Below, piece by piece: positions 28,680-38,225 of a stretch of 64,000 bases of DNA (its first letter is position 1; the number at the start of each line of letters is the position of its first letter). The stretch is from Thermoanaerobaculia bacterium. Lineage in GTDB: Bacteria > Acidobacteriota > Thermoanaerobaculia > Multivoradales > Multivoraceae. A program made the position numbers and the translations under genes. The notes below the pieces were generated by a model, which saw nothing but the letters and a program-made list of their open reading frames with translations, was not told where the DNA came from and did not search any database. Where the stretch lies: contig OY761158.1 in NCBI GenBank assembly GCA_963664405.1, forward strand, positions 4,864,001 to 4,928,000, in the 5' to 3' direction.

Positions 28680-30152
28680 CTACGCGTCGCAGGTGGGAAA
28701 GGCACCGAGCCCTTCAGTGGTGGCCTGGATCGCTCCCGGTGGGTTGCTCTGGCCATGCGGAGAGTCGGGAGCAGGCGTGAAGAAGGGCTCCTTGAGCCGA
28801 TTGAAAAACTGGCGCAGCGTGCCCGCCTGAAGATCGACGATGGTGACCTCCACCCGCACGTCGGTGAGACCGGCAATGAAGACCCAGAAATTGCGCAGCG
28901 GATTGCCCGAGGGGAAGCCGCAGGCGTCGACCATCTTGATCACGATCTCGATGTTCCCCACCTCGAAAAACTCGAACGAGACGGCGGAGTCGGTGAGCTT
29001 CGTAGCCCGGCCCCTCCCCGACTCGGTCGCAGTCGCGTAGTCGACGATGACGAGGAAACGGCCGATTAGGCACGCACTCTGCTCGCCGTCCTCGCAAGGC
29101 GCACCCCCGTCGTTGTCGTCGATACGGAGGGTAGCCACGCTCGGCTCCACCAGGACGGCGTCGCCGGTCGGGTTCTCGAGCTCCAGCCACACGGTCTCCG
29201 GGATCTCGCCCTCGGTGTCGTCCAAGAGCGGAATGTCGAAGCCCTTGAAGGCGGTGTCACCGTCGCCCCAGCTCAGGGTCCCGGCGACCTCTGTGTAGTC
29301 GGCGCCGGCGCCGGCGGTGCCCGCTGAAGTGGCGTAGTCCACCGAGATCGCTCCCTGCGAGCTACCGGTGCGGCCAACGACCGCCAACCCAAGGCCTTCT
29401 CCCTCGCCGACGCTGAACTGGGCGGAGCTGAAACGCACGAAGCTGGTGGAGCCAAGGTCATCTTCGACGATCGTCAGGGTGGCGCTCGCCGGACTACCGA
29501 GGCGGGCCCCTCCGGTGGGTGAAGAGAGGTTCAGCTTGACCGTCTCGTCGCCCTCTTCGACGCTGTCGTCGAGGATCGCAACGGTCGCCATCTTGGTGCC
29601 GCTGTCTCCGTCCGGCCACGACAGCGTGGTCGTCGTCTTGGTGTAGTCGCTACCGGCCGTGGCGGTGCCGTTCTGTGTCGCCAGCTGCACCGACACGGCG
29701 CCGTCGAAGCGGTCGACCCTCTCGACCGAGATCACCGCGTTTCCCCCGTTTTCGGGCTCGCTGAAGCTAAAGCTGGTGAACTCGAGGGCACCGCCATCGA
29801 TCAGCTCCTCGACGACAATAGTACCGATCATGCCGTCATCGAAGTGAGGCTCGCAGTGGTAGTCGATCGTGCCGGCTTCCTCGAAGGTCAGGGTGAAGCT
29901 CCAGGCAGCGGTCGAGGCGTCGCCGTCGCCGCCCTCGCCGTCGCAGCCGAGGGCACATCGGAAGCTACCGTCGTCGGCTACGACGTTGTGGAAACCGCCG
30001 GTGTTGGTCCAGGTCACCGAGTCACCGACTCGGATCTCCAGGAAATCGATACTGAAGAAGATGTCCTTGGCCTCGATCTCGAAGTTCGCGGCCTCTGCCG
30101 CACTCGCGATCAGCAGCATTGCACTCAGAACGAAAGTACGCTCGAGGTTCAT
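28680..30152 (-). CDS. Secreted cupredoxin + 2x Calx-beta + conserved C-terminal domain protein
   Basis: HNV...YHCEPH...M type-1 Cu site; two GTA.AG.DY...L.W.DGD repeats; C-terminal FF...N.E..IKM.DAC...FWVF. Confidence 0.85.
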   Translation of the reverse strand: MNLERTFVLSAMLLIASAAEAANFEIEAKDIFFSIDFLEIRVGDSVTWTNTGGFHNVVADDGSFRCALGCDGEGGDGDASTAAWSFTLTFEEAGTIDYHCEPHFDDGMIGTIVVEELIDGGALEFTSFSFSEPENGGNAVISVERVDRFDGAVSVQLATQNGTATAGSDYTKTTTTLSWPDGDSGTKMATVAILDDSVEEGDETVKLNLSSPTGGARLGSPASATLTIVEDDLGSTSFVRFSSAQFSVGEGEGLGLAVVGRTGSSQGAISVDYATSAGTAGAGADYTEVAGTLSWGDGDTAFKGFDIPLLDDTEGEIPETVWLELENPTGDAVLVEPSVATLRIDDNDGGAPCEDGEQSACLIGRFLVIVDYATATESGRGRATKLTDSAVSFEFFEVGNIEIVIKMVDACGFPSGNPLRNFWVFIAGLTDVRVEVTIVDLQAGTLRQFFNRLKEPFFTPAPDSPHGQSNPPGAIQATTEGLGAFPTCDA

Positions 30153-30231
30153 CCAGACCTCTCCACGATAGCCAGCCGGCCGCCGCACCGCGGACGCTAG
30201 CGTATCGCAGTACTCGGGGCCTCTGACGGGG

Positions 30232-30804
30232 CTACGGAGCTTCGTCTTCGTCTCTGCCGAGCTTGGCTCGCAGCGAGGAGAAGAGGAACCACGCTCCCAG
30301 CGCCATCAGGAACAAGGGCCAGAGGTTGAGGATCCAATCGATGTCGATGCCGAAGTAGCTCTCGAGCGCCGCCAGCAGGCCAACCAAGAGCAGGGCGCCG
30401 CCGGCGATGGAGCCGCCGTAGCCGTAGGCTGTGGGCCGCGGCTGGTCTGTGAGTCCGAGATCGGTAGTGACGCCGTAGTTGATCAGGTTCGCCTGACGCC
30501 AGGCGTCGAGGACGTTGAAGATCCAGATGAAGGCGACGACGAATCCCCACAGTTCGCCTCGATTAGCCGTCATGTGGATCGCGGTGGCGGCGAGGATGAA
30601 GAAAGTGACCCCACGCAGGTAGAGCCCGTTGTAGATATTGCCGGCGCCGGGGAAGAGGGAGAGGAAGCCTGCGAAGAGGGGGCGCTTGCGCATCGGAATC
30701 GGTTGCGGCGCCTCAGAAGCAGCGGAGTCAGGCTCCAGCGGCGGTTCTGGTGGAGGTGGCGGAGGAGCCGCTTCACTTGCGGGGCTATGGCTGTCGGGTT
30801 CCAT
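30232..30804 (-). CDS. Membrane protein (LiaF/DUF5668-like) in the ECF operon
   Basis: Pro-rich N-terminus, LSLFPGAGNIYNG, LWPLFLMALG. Confidence 0.65.
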   Translation of the reverse strand: MEPDSHSPASEAAPPPPPPEPPLEPDSAASEAPQPIPMRKRPLFAGFLSLFPGAGNIYNGLYLRGVTFFILAATAIHMTANRGELWGFVVAFIWIFNVLDAWRQANLINYGVTTDLGLTDQPRPTAYGYGGSIAGGALLLVGLLAALESYFGIDIDWILNLWPLFLMALGAWFLFSSLRAKLGRDEDEAP

Positions 30805-31384
30805 CGTTGTCTCCTTGGGCCGAGATCGGCTCGAGTACAGCCCCGAGCCCTTCGGCCATCTTTCTGCCTAGACGGCGTGCGCTCTGTTCCGTCTCCGAGA
30901 CCTCTGAGCGCACGGCGCCCAGCCAGCCTGAGACGACTCCGCCGCTGCGATCGAGGGCCTCGGTGGCCGCCGCCGCGGCCGCCGAGGCCGAAGCTGTCAT
31001 ATTGCTGAGGGTGGGGGCGAAAAGGTCGTAGGGATTGCCCCAAACGAGCCCGATCGCCAGAACCAGCACGTAGCTGGCTGCGACAGCGTAGAAAGGTGAT
31101 CCGATGAAGGCGGGAACCAAGCGAGGGCGTGGTGGGAAGATCGTTTGGAGCGATCCGGCGAGCCTCGCCGGCAGAGGCGTCTCTTTCTCCATCGGCACCA
31201 AGGCGCCGCGTGCGGAGATCGAGCGTAGCCGTCGACCGAGCTCGGGTGGCAGTGCCGGATCAGAGACCGCACTTCGCTCGATCAGGCTGAGGTACTCGTT
31301 GCAGCTCGAGCAGCGTGCTCGATGGCGCGACGTCGTACCGGGTCGCGCGTTGCGCAGATACAGACGGCAACCGAGACTCAGCAT
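30785..31384 (-). CDS. Zinc-binding (ZAS) anti-sigma factor
   Basis: HRARCSSC (HxxxCxxC) plus one TM, directly after the sigma gene. Confidence 0.75.
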   Translation of the reverse strand: MLSLGCRLYLRNARPGTTSRHRARCSSCNEYLSLIERSAVSDPALPPELGRRLRSISARGALVPMEKETPLPARLAGSLQTIFPPRPRLVPAFIGSPFYAVAASYVLVLAIGLVWGNPYDLFAPTLSNMTASASAAAAAATEALDRSGGVVSGWLGAVRSEVSETEQSARRLGRKMAEGLGAVLEPISAQGDNDGTRQP

Positions 31385-32007
31385 GTCGCCACCCGCAGAC
31401 TTCGCTCGGAGATCGCCTCTGTGGCGTCTTGTGTCCCCGTCGAGCTGTGTCTCTTTTGAAGACGCTCGATGAGCTCCAGCCGAGCCCTCCTGAGCCTCGA
31501 CTTGAGAGTGCCGACCCGCAGATCGAGGAGGGCAGCGATCTCGAGATAGGAGAGACCCTGTAGATCTCTCAGTGCAATGACGATCGCCTCCTCTTCTCTC
31601 ATCTCGCGCAGGGTGGCGTGCACTTGAGCCAGAAGCTCGCGTCGCTGGGCGTCGAGCTGGGGATCGTCTCCCGAAGGTGCCAGCTCGAGCGCGGCCTCGT
31701 TGATGAAAGTGGCTTCCCGCTCTCTTCGTGTCTGGCGATAGTGGTCGATGCAGAGATTGCGCGACAGCCTGAGGGTCCAGGCGAGCAGTGGAACGTCGCC
31801 GCGGTATTTGCTCAGGTTGCGAAACAGGCGCAGAAAGACATCCTGCGTCAGATCCTCGGCCTGCTCACGAGTGCTCGAGAAGTGGAGGGCGAGGCTGAAG
31901 ATCCTGCCCCCGTAGAGCTCGATGATCGCGTCCCAGGCTGCGGCCTTACCGGCGACTGCCTGCCGCGCGAGATCGAGGTCGGAGGATAGATCTCGGCTGC
32001 CCATCAA
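31378..32007 (-). CDS. ECF RNA polymerase sigma factor
   Basis: AEDLTQDVF, W..RLSRNLCIDHYR, GLSYLEIA...GTLKSRLRRAR. Confidence 0.93.
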   Translation of the reverse strand: MMGSRDLSSDLDLARQAVAGKAAAWDAIIELYGGRIFSLALHFSSTREQAEDLTQDVFLRLFRNLSKYRGDVPLLAWTLRLSRNLCIDHYRQTRREREATFINEAALELAPSGDDPQLDAQRRELLAQVHATLREMREEEAIVIALRDLQGLSYLEIAALLDLRVGTLKSRLRRARLELIERLQKRHSSTGTQDATEAISERSLRVATC

Positions 32008-32013
32008 TTAGAT

Positions 32014-32040
32014 AAGACGAGAATCCTCTAGAGGAAGTTC
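32014..32040 (-). promoter_or_regulatory. Putative autoregulatory ECF promoter
   Basis: GAACTT...CGTCTT with AAC-N17-CGT spacing just upstream of the sigma start. Confidence 0.65.
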
Positions 32041-32268
32041 TCAGTTTTGCTGCCGGAGCCCCAGAAATCCCTGGATCGGCGGCGGATCGCTCCGGTGTAG
32101 GTCGACGATCGCCGTCGTTGCGAGCTGACTGATGTTCAACCAGGGGTCGACCTGCGACCGGATGTCAATTGTACAATCCGACTCTGGCAGGGGGGGGGGC
32201 TAGCGATCGAACCCTGCTAGGATCGTGGTGCAGACAGCCACCTTCGCAGCCTCCAGGAGGGCCTGCTC

Positions 32269-33345
32269 ATGCGCATGATAACGATCCTCATCGTCGCAGC
32301 CTTCGTCCTCATCGGTCTGCCGGCATTCGCCGCGGATGGCGCAATCGAGCGCACGTCGTACGGCAAGCCCGATCTCTCCGGCACCTACGACGCCGGGACC
32401 GTCACTCCGGTCGATCGTCCCGCGCGGTTCGGGGACAACCTCTACCTCACTCCGGAACAGGCCGAGAAGATGGAGGAGGAACAGGCCTCCCTTTGGGCCA
32501 ACGCCGAGGCCGACAAGGGGGGTGGAGCTGATCGTGAGGCGCCGCCGGTGGGGGGCGACGGCGACAACCGCTTCGGCGGTGGCGGCGTCGGTGGCTACAA
32601 CATCTTCTGGATCGATCCGGGATCGGAGGCGGTCATGATCGACGGCAAGTTCCGCACCTCGATCATCTACGAGCCCAAGAACGGCCGTCGTCCTGCGATG
32701 ACGCCCAAGGCGATGATGAAGATGGCCAACAACTTCTCCTCCTTCATCCACAATAACGACGGCACCGCATCATGGCTCGAGAAGACCGGCCCGGGGCCCT
32801 TCGACGGCCCTGAGAGCCTCGCTCTGGCCGAGCGCTGTCTGCTGGGATTCAGCGGCGGTCCGCCGATGCTGCCGAGTCTTTACAACAACTACCTCAGCAT
32901 CACCCAGACTGAGAACTACGTCGTGATCCTCGCCGAGATGGTGCACGACGCCCGTATCGTCCGCATTCTCGGCGAGGGCCGCCCCTCCGAGCACGAGCCA
33001 CAAGGCCCACGCGAGTGGCTCGGCGACGCCATCGGCTACTGGGATGGCGACACCCTGGTTGTAGAGTCCAAGAACTTCCGCGGCGAGAGCGGTCTTCCCG
33101 GCGCTGACGAGAACCTCCACGTCACCGAGCGTTTTTCACGGACCCCGGAGGGGGATCTGCTCTACAACTTCCACGTCGAGGATCCGACCTCTTGGAACGC
33201 GCCCTGGAGCGGTGAATACTCCTGGCACGCGTCAGACGCGAGGGTCTACGAATACGCGTGCCACGAAGGCAATTACGCAATGGGCAACATCCTCAGGGGT
33301 GCCCGGCTGCTCGAGTCGGAATACGATCAGGGCGGCAGCGGCTAG
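32269..33345 (+). CDS. Secreted hypothetical protein (PDLxG...YACHEGN family), paralog of 10563-11558
   Basis: GKPDLSGTY, GGYN, ERC, GYWDGDTLVVE, EYACHEGN. Confidence 0.8.
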   Translation: MRMITILIVAAFVLIGLPAFAADGAIERTSYGKPDLSGTYDAGTVTPVDRPARFGDNLYLTPEQAEKMEEEQASLWANAEADKGGGADREAPPVGGDGDNRFGGGGVGGYNIFWIDPGSEAVMIDGKFRTSIIYEPKNGRRPAMTPKAMMKMANNFSSFIHNNDGTASWLEKTGPGPFDGPESLALAERCLLGFSGGPPMLPSLYNNYLSITQTENYVVILAEMVHDARIVRILGEGRPSEHEPQGPREWLGDAIGYWDGDTLVVESKNFRGESGLPGADENLHVTERFSRTPEGDLLYNFHVEDPTSWNAPWSGEYSWHASDARVYEYACHEGNYAMGNILRGARLLESEYDQGGSG

Positions 33346-33357
33346 TGGACCGGCCTC

Positions 33358-34095
33358 ATGATGGCTCCCCCTGGTCGATCCAGAGTTGCGAGCATCGCCC
33401 GACTCGTGGCGTTCGTCTCCGTCGTCGTGGCCTCGGTGGGCGTGCTCGGCGCCTTCCTTGGCTTGCTGCCGCCGCTCGCCGGCTTTGGTTTGTACTTCTT
33501 GGGCATGAGTCTTCTGCCGCTTGTCGGGGTCTTGCTCGGCCTCGCCGGCCTCTGGCGCACGCGTGGGGGCGTACGCGAGGGTCGCGATCGAGCCTGGATC
33601 GGACTGGGGGTGAGCGGGGCCCTGGTGCTCGTCTTCGTTCTGCTGGGATTGCCCGGCGCCGGGATGCCGCCGATTCACGACATCACGACCAGCCCCGACA
33701 GGCCACCCAGCTATCACGGGCCGGCTGCTGCCGAGCGCGACCTCAGCTATCCCCACGGCGGCGGCAACGTGGCAGAGCAGCAGCGCCTGGGCTATCCCGA
33801 TCTGGCTCCCATCGAGCTATCTGTTGCGGCGAACCAGGGCTACTCGAAGGCTCTCGAGGCCGCCCGGGAGATGGGTCTCGAGATCCTCCTCGAGGACGCG
33901 GCGGGGCTGCGATTGGAGGCCACCGACACCACCCGTCTCTTCCGCTTCGTCGATGACTTCGTTGTCGAAGTCGAGGAGGCCGGGGCCGGCTCGGTTGCCC
34001 ATGTGAGGTCGACCTCGCGGGTCGGGCAGAGCGACCTCGGTGCGAACGCCTTCCGCATTCGGCGTTTCGCCGAGATCCTTGCGCCCGGAGATTGA
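33358..34095 (+). CDS. DUF1499 membrane protein
   Basis: 3 TM; PPIHDITT, YPDLAP, FVDD, RSTSRVGQSDLGAN. Confidence 0.88.
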   Translation: MMAPPGRSRVASIARLVAFVSVVVASVGVLGAFLGLLPPLAGFGLYFLGMSLLPLVGVLLGLAGLWRTRGGVREGRDRAWIGLGVSGALVLVFVLLGLPGAGMPPIHDITTSPDRPPSYHGPAAAERDLSYPHGGGNVAEQQRLGYPDLAPIELSVAANQGYSKALEAAREMGLEILLEDAAGLRLEATDTTRLFRFVDDFVVEVEEAGAGSVAHVRSTSRVGQSDLGANAFRIRRFAEILAPGD

Positions 34096-34104
34096 CCGTA
34101 GCTC

Positions 34105-35193
34105 TTAAACTTTGAGGCCGCGGAACTTCTGTTCCAACCAGCCGAGTGTGATCCGGTTGAACTCCTCTGGCTTTTCCTGCTGGGTCCAGTGACCGCAGTC
34201 CTCGACCGTGTAGCGCTCGAATTCGGCGACGAAGTTGGCGATGTTGTCGCCGGAGGACGGGGGCAGGATGACGTCATTCTCGGCCCCGATGTAGAGGCAG
34301 GGGACGTCGATATCCCACTTGGTGTCGGCGCCGCCGCCGAGGCCGCCGGGCTTGAACGCGGCTCGATACCAGTTCAGCCCGCCGGTGAAGCCGGTGACCT
34401 CGAAGGTCTCGACGAAGTAGGCGAGCTCTTCCTCGGACAGGATGAGCCGGCCGGTGAAGTTCCCCGCCTCGAGCATGCCGAGGAGATCCACGCGTCTCTC
34501 GAGCGAGGTCTCTGGCAGCTGCGCAAACTCCTCGGCGTCCCAGAAGCCGCCGGTGCGCAACACCAGTTCGAACGATTTCCTTGTGTCTTTCGCGAGGGCG
34601 GCGTCAGCGATCCCCGGCGGTTGAAAGGTCATTACGTAGTAGCGCGGCGATTGGACAATCAGGGGGTTCGGGGTGCTCGGATGATCGGGGTGGGAGGCGG
34701 GCGTGTTGACGCCGATGACTCCCGCCACCCGATCTGGGTGCAATCTGGGCATCATCCACACCACAGCGCCGCCCCAATCGTGACCACAGAAGACGGCGCG
34801 CTGTAGGTCGAGCGCATCGAGCAGCCCCGCCATGTCGTCGCACAATTTAGGGACCGTGTACTCGGAGATCTCCTCGGGTCTGTCGGTGAGGCCGTAACCG
34901 CGCTGATCTGGCGCGATCGCCCGGTAGCCGGCAGCGGAAAACGCCTCGATCTGATGACGCCAAGAATAGGCGAGCTCAGGAAAGCCGTGGCAGAAGACGA
35001 TCGGGAATCCGGCGCCTTTCTCGTAGACCCCCATGCGGATGCCGTTGGTCTCGATGAAGCGTGGCTTCGGCATATTCGGTGCCGGTTTCACGTCGCCCTC
35101 GGCGGCGAGGGCTTGCCGACGGGGACCTCCGACGGCGGCTGCTCCTAGTGCGACTCCCGCGGTGTGTAGGAACTGTCTGCGTGTTGCTCTCAT
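34105..35193 (-). CDS. Tat-exported epoxide hydrolase-like alpha/beta hydrolase
   Basis: TRRQFL; HGFP, GHDWG, LNWYR, GHWTQQE. Confidence 0.88.
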   Translation of the reverse strand: MRATRRQFLHTAGVALGAAAVGGPRRQALAAEGDVKPAPNMPKPRFIETNGIRMGVYEKGAGFPIVFCHGFPELAYSWRHQIEAFSAAGYRAIAPDQRGYGLTDRPEEISEYTVPKLCDDMAGLLDALDLQRAVFCGHDWGGAVVWMMPRLHPDRVAGVIGVNTPASHPDHPSTPNPLIVQSPRYYVMTFQPPGIADAALAKDTRKSFELVLRTGGFWDAEEFAQLPETSLERRVDLLGMLEAGNFTGRLILSEEELAYFVETFEVTGFTGGLNWYRAAFKPGGLGGGADTKWDIDVPCLYIGAENDVILPPSSGDNIANFVAEFERYTVEDCGHWTQQEKPEEFNRITLGWLEQKFRGLKV

Positions 35194-35274
35194 CTCTGCC
35201 CCTCCCTCCGCTGCACTGTACCGCGTGGGACTGGGTGGCATGGCTCGATATGATGACTGTCTCAGGAGGTTCCC

Positions 35275-36486
35275 ATGCGTAATGTCGCTATCACCGGGAT
35301 GGGAGTGGTCTCCTCTCTCGGATTGGAGCTGGACGAGTTCACGTCGAAGCTCGATCGGGCGTTCGTGCAGGTCGAGGCCTCACCCGCCATGATCGAAGGG
35401 AGCGGGGTTCTGTGGGCCTCGATGGTGCAGGACTTCTCGCCCACCGATTGGATGTCGGAGCGGGTGGCCGCCGGAACCGATCCCTTTGCTCAGTACGCGA
35501 TTGCCGCGGCGGTGAAGGCGGTGGAGTCGGCCGGCGATCTGGAGATGGATCCGCTGCGCACCGCGGTGCTGGTGGGCACCAGTATGGCGGGGGTGGAGAC
35601 ACTGGTCGATTCGCAGCACGGCCTCGACACGGTGGGGGTCGAAGGGGTGTCGCGCAAGTTGCAGATCCAGGCTTGGCCGAACATGGCGGCGGGGCAGATC
35701 GCTTTGCACTATGCGCTGCACGGGCCGCTCCTGACGGTGTGCACCGCTTGCGCCTCGGCGGTGGATGCGATCGGGATGGCGGCTCGGATGGTCGAGAGCG
35801 GGGCGGTAGAGGTGGCGATCGCCGGAGGCTGTGACCGGGCGCGAAGCAAGGTGCTTGCGGCCTCGGCACAGCTCTACGGGATGGTGCAGTCGGAGTCCGA
35901 TCCGCTCAAGGTGTGCCGCCCCTTCGATCAAGATCGCGGCGGCATCATGTCGGGTGAGGGCGCCGGCATGGTGATTCTGGAGAATGCGGATCGGGCCAAG
36001 GCGCGCGGCGCGTCGATTCACGGCTACCTGCGGGGCTACGCCAACGTTTCGGACGGCTTTCATCCTTCTTCTCCCGATCCTTCGGGACAGTGGGAGCGCC
36101 GGGCGATGGAGCTCGCCCAGGAGGAGGCCTCCATCGCGCCCGAAGCAGTGGACGCGGTCCTGGCGCATGGCACCGGCACCCCGGTCGGCGACACCGCCGA
36201 GATCCGGGCGATCAACGATCTCTTCGGTCGCGCCGATCTGCCGGTGACCTCGATCAAGGGCCATCTGGGCCACACCGCCGGAGCTGCCGGCGTCATGAAC
36301 CTGCTAACGGCGCTCCACAGCCTCGAAGATGGGGTGGTCGTTCCCACCGCCGGCACCAAGAATCTCGACCCCGAGGTCAACTTCGAAGTGGTGCTCGACC
36401 GGGCCAGGCCCGCCTCTCTCGAAACGGTTCAGGTCAACGCCTTCGGCTTCGGAGGCCAGGACTCGTCGCTTGTCGTTTCGCGCTAG
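35275..36486 (+). CDS. fabF: Beta-ketoacyl-ACP synthase II-like
   Basis: TACAS, AHGTGT, KGHLGH, NAFGFGG. Confidence 0.85.
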   Translation: MRNVAITGMGVVSSLGLELDEFTSKLDRAFVQVEASPAMIEGSGVLWASMVQDFSPTDWMSERVAAGTDPFAQYAIAAAVKAVESAGDLEMDPLRTAVLVGTSMAGVETLVDSQHGLDTVGVEGVSRKLQIQAWPNMAAGQIALHYALHGPLLTVCTACASAVDAIGMAARMVESGAVEVAIAGGCDRARSKVLAASAQLYGMVQSESDPLKVCRPFDQDRGGIMSGEGAGMVILENADRAKARGASIHGYLRGYANVSDGFHPSSPDPSGQWERRAMELAQEEASIAPEAVDAVLAHGTGTPVGDTAEIRAINDLFGRADLPVTSIKGHLGHTAGAAGVMNLLTALHSLEDGVVVPTAGTKNLDPEVNFEVVLDRARPASLETVQVNAFGFGGQDSSLVVSR

Positions 36487-37088
36487 TCGATCAGGAGCCT
36501 GCGCAAGCCGGTCTCAACGATCCGTTGCGCCTTCTTGATCGAGCAATGCTGATGCTCCCGCAGCCTATTCCAGGATTGCCAGCTGCACAGTAGGTCCACA
36601 GCCGCCAGCCGCGTCCCGCGCTCACTTTCGTCACACGAATCGAGCAGATCCGAGAAAGCTGCCGAGACGCGACGGCGTCTGGCGGCGCGGTCGCTGCGAA
36701 GCTGTCGGTTCCTGGTTTCGCTTTTGCCGCGCCCACGCTCCCCCAGCCTCCGGATCGGCGAGATGAACTCATAGACGGAGGCGAGATGACTCGTGAACGC
36801 TGTAATGCGTGACTGCGCTTCGAGGGACTGCAAGGCAGGGGCGGGAAAACGCTCCTGGACCTGGGCTTGCACATAGCCGTGTGCAGCGGTACGCACGGAC
36901 TCCATGTCCTCGAAGAGGCGAAAGACGGTGCGGCGCGAAAGGCCGGCGCGCTCCGCCACTTCCGCGGCGGTAGGCCGGGCGCCGGTCTCGCGGACCAGTT
37001 CGACCATGGCTCGCACCAGTGCCTCCCGGTTCTTCCGGGTGCGCTCACGGCGACCGTCGACAGTTTCGGGCGGCGCGTTGATCGTCAT
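36483..37088 (-). CDS. TetR/AcrR family regulator
   Basis: PTAAEVAERAGLSRRTVFRLF. Confidence 0.9.
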   Translation of the reverse strand: MTINAPPETVDGRRERTRKNREALVRAMVELVRETGARPTAAEVAERAGLSRRTVFRLFEDMESVRTAAHGYVQAQVQERFPAPALQSLEAQSRITAFTSHLASVYEFISPIRRLGERGRGKSETRNRQLRSDRAARRRRVSAAFSDLLDSCDESERGTRLAAVDLLCSWQSWNRLREHQHCSIKKAQRIVETGLRRLLID

Positions 37089-37104
37089 GGATGGAGAATA
37101 TGTA

Positions 37105-37133
37105 TTGACACTATTAGTGTCAGATATTAGCCT
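37105..37133 (+). promoter_or_regulatory. Sigma70 promoter overlapped by a TetR operator palindrome
   Basis: TTGACA-N17-TAGCCT; perfect TGACACTA-T-TAGTGTCA at 37106-37122. Confidence 0.8.
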
Positions 37134-37183
37134 CGGACTGCACCCAACGCAACTGAGATCACCGTCTCACGAAGGAGAGGAAG

Positions 37184-38101
37184 ATGAATCACAGGGCATT
37201 ATGGACTATTGCGATGGCCGCTCTGGTACCGACGATGAGCGGCGCCGCGGATGTGTTCGACCGGGTCGAGCATCATCAGACCGACAATGACGGCGTCTCC
37301 CTTCATTACGTCACGCTGGGCGAGGGACCGGTGGTTCTCTTCGTTCACGGCTTTCCTGATTTCTGGTACAGCTGGCGCGAACAGATGGCGGCTCTCTCGG
37401 GCGACTTCAAGACTGTCGCCATGGACACCCGAGCCAACAACAAGAGCGGCAAACCCGACGGTGTCGAGAACTACACGATGCCTCACCTCCTGGCCGATGT
37501 CGAGGCGGTGATCAAGGATCTGGGCGTCGACTCGGTCACACTGGTCGGGCACGATTGGGGCGGTGCGATCTCGTGGCGCTTTGCGATGCACTATCCGCAG
37601 CTCGTCAACAAGTTGGTGATCCTCAACTTGACCCACCCGAGGGGCTACTCGACCGTGCGCCGCAACGCGACGCCGGCGCAGAAAGCGAACACCGAGTACA
37701 TTACTCGTTTTCAGACGCCTGGTTTCGAAGACAACCTCACACCCGAGGTTCTGACCGGCATTTCGGCGGGTAGTGTTTCGGCCGAGGTTCGGGAGCGCTA
37801 TTTAGCTGCGTTCTCGCGATCCTCGGTCAAAGGCATGCTCGACTACTACAGAGCGGCGTTCAGCAGCTTGGATGTGGAGCCGGGCGAGGGTGAAGAGATG
37901 CCGGCTCTCGCCATGCCGGTGTTGCAGTTCCATGGATTGAAAGACACGGCCGTCGACAAGGACGGGCTGCGCGACACCTGGAACTGGATCAACGAGGACT
38001 ACACTCTCGTCACCATCCCCAGCAGTAACCATTGGGTGCAACGAGAAGCCGCGGAGATGGTCAGCACCACGATGCTGTGGTGGTTGAAGAGTCGGCTGTG
38101 A
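37184..38101 (+). CDS. Secreted epoxide hydrolase-like alpha/beta hydrolase
   Basis: Signal peptide; HGFP, GHDWG, LDYYR, HWVQ. Confidence 0.88.
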   Translation: MNHRALWTIAMAALVPTMSGAADVFDRVEHHQTDNDGVSLHYVTLGEGPVVLFVHGFPDFWYSWREQMAALSGDFKTVAMDTRANNKSGKPDGVENYTMPHLLADVEAVIKDLGVDSVTLVGHDWGGAISWRFAMHYPQLVNKLVILNLTHPRGYSTVRRNATPAQKANTEYITRFQTPGFEDNLTPEVLTGISAGSVSAEVRERYLAAFSRSSVKGMLDYYRAAFSSLDVEPGEGEEMPALAMPVLQFHGLKDTAVDKDGLRDTWNWINEDYTLVTIPSSNHWVQREAAEMVSTTMLWWLKSRL

Positions 38102-38142
38102 CCGTTGTCGGGAGATGGTAGAGGACCGAGGCTTCGCGGCGC

Positions 38143-38187
38143 CATCCCGTGCTCTCTCCCAACGACGAGTGGGCTGACTTCGAGCTC
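38143..38187 (+). pseudogene. 45-bp relic of a DUF3604 gene (HPVLSPNDEWADFEL)
   Basis: 40/45 nt identical to 26817-26861. Confidence 0.75.
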
Positions 38188-38225
38188 GAGGCCCGCTCGC
38201 CGCCCACGGCGAGCCTCGAGATCGG

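Noticed and set aside
35275-36486. Type II PKS biosynthetic cluster
   Set aside because: No chain-length factor, ACP, cyclase or other PKS genes nearby.
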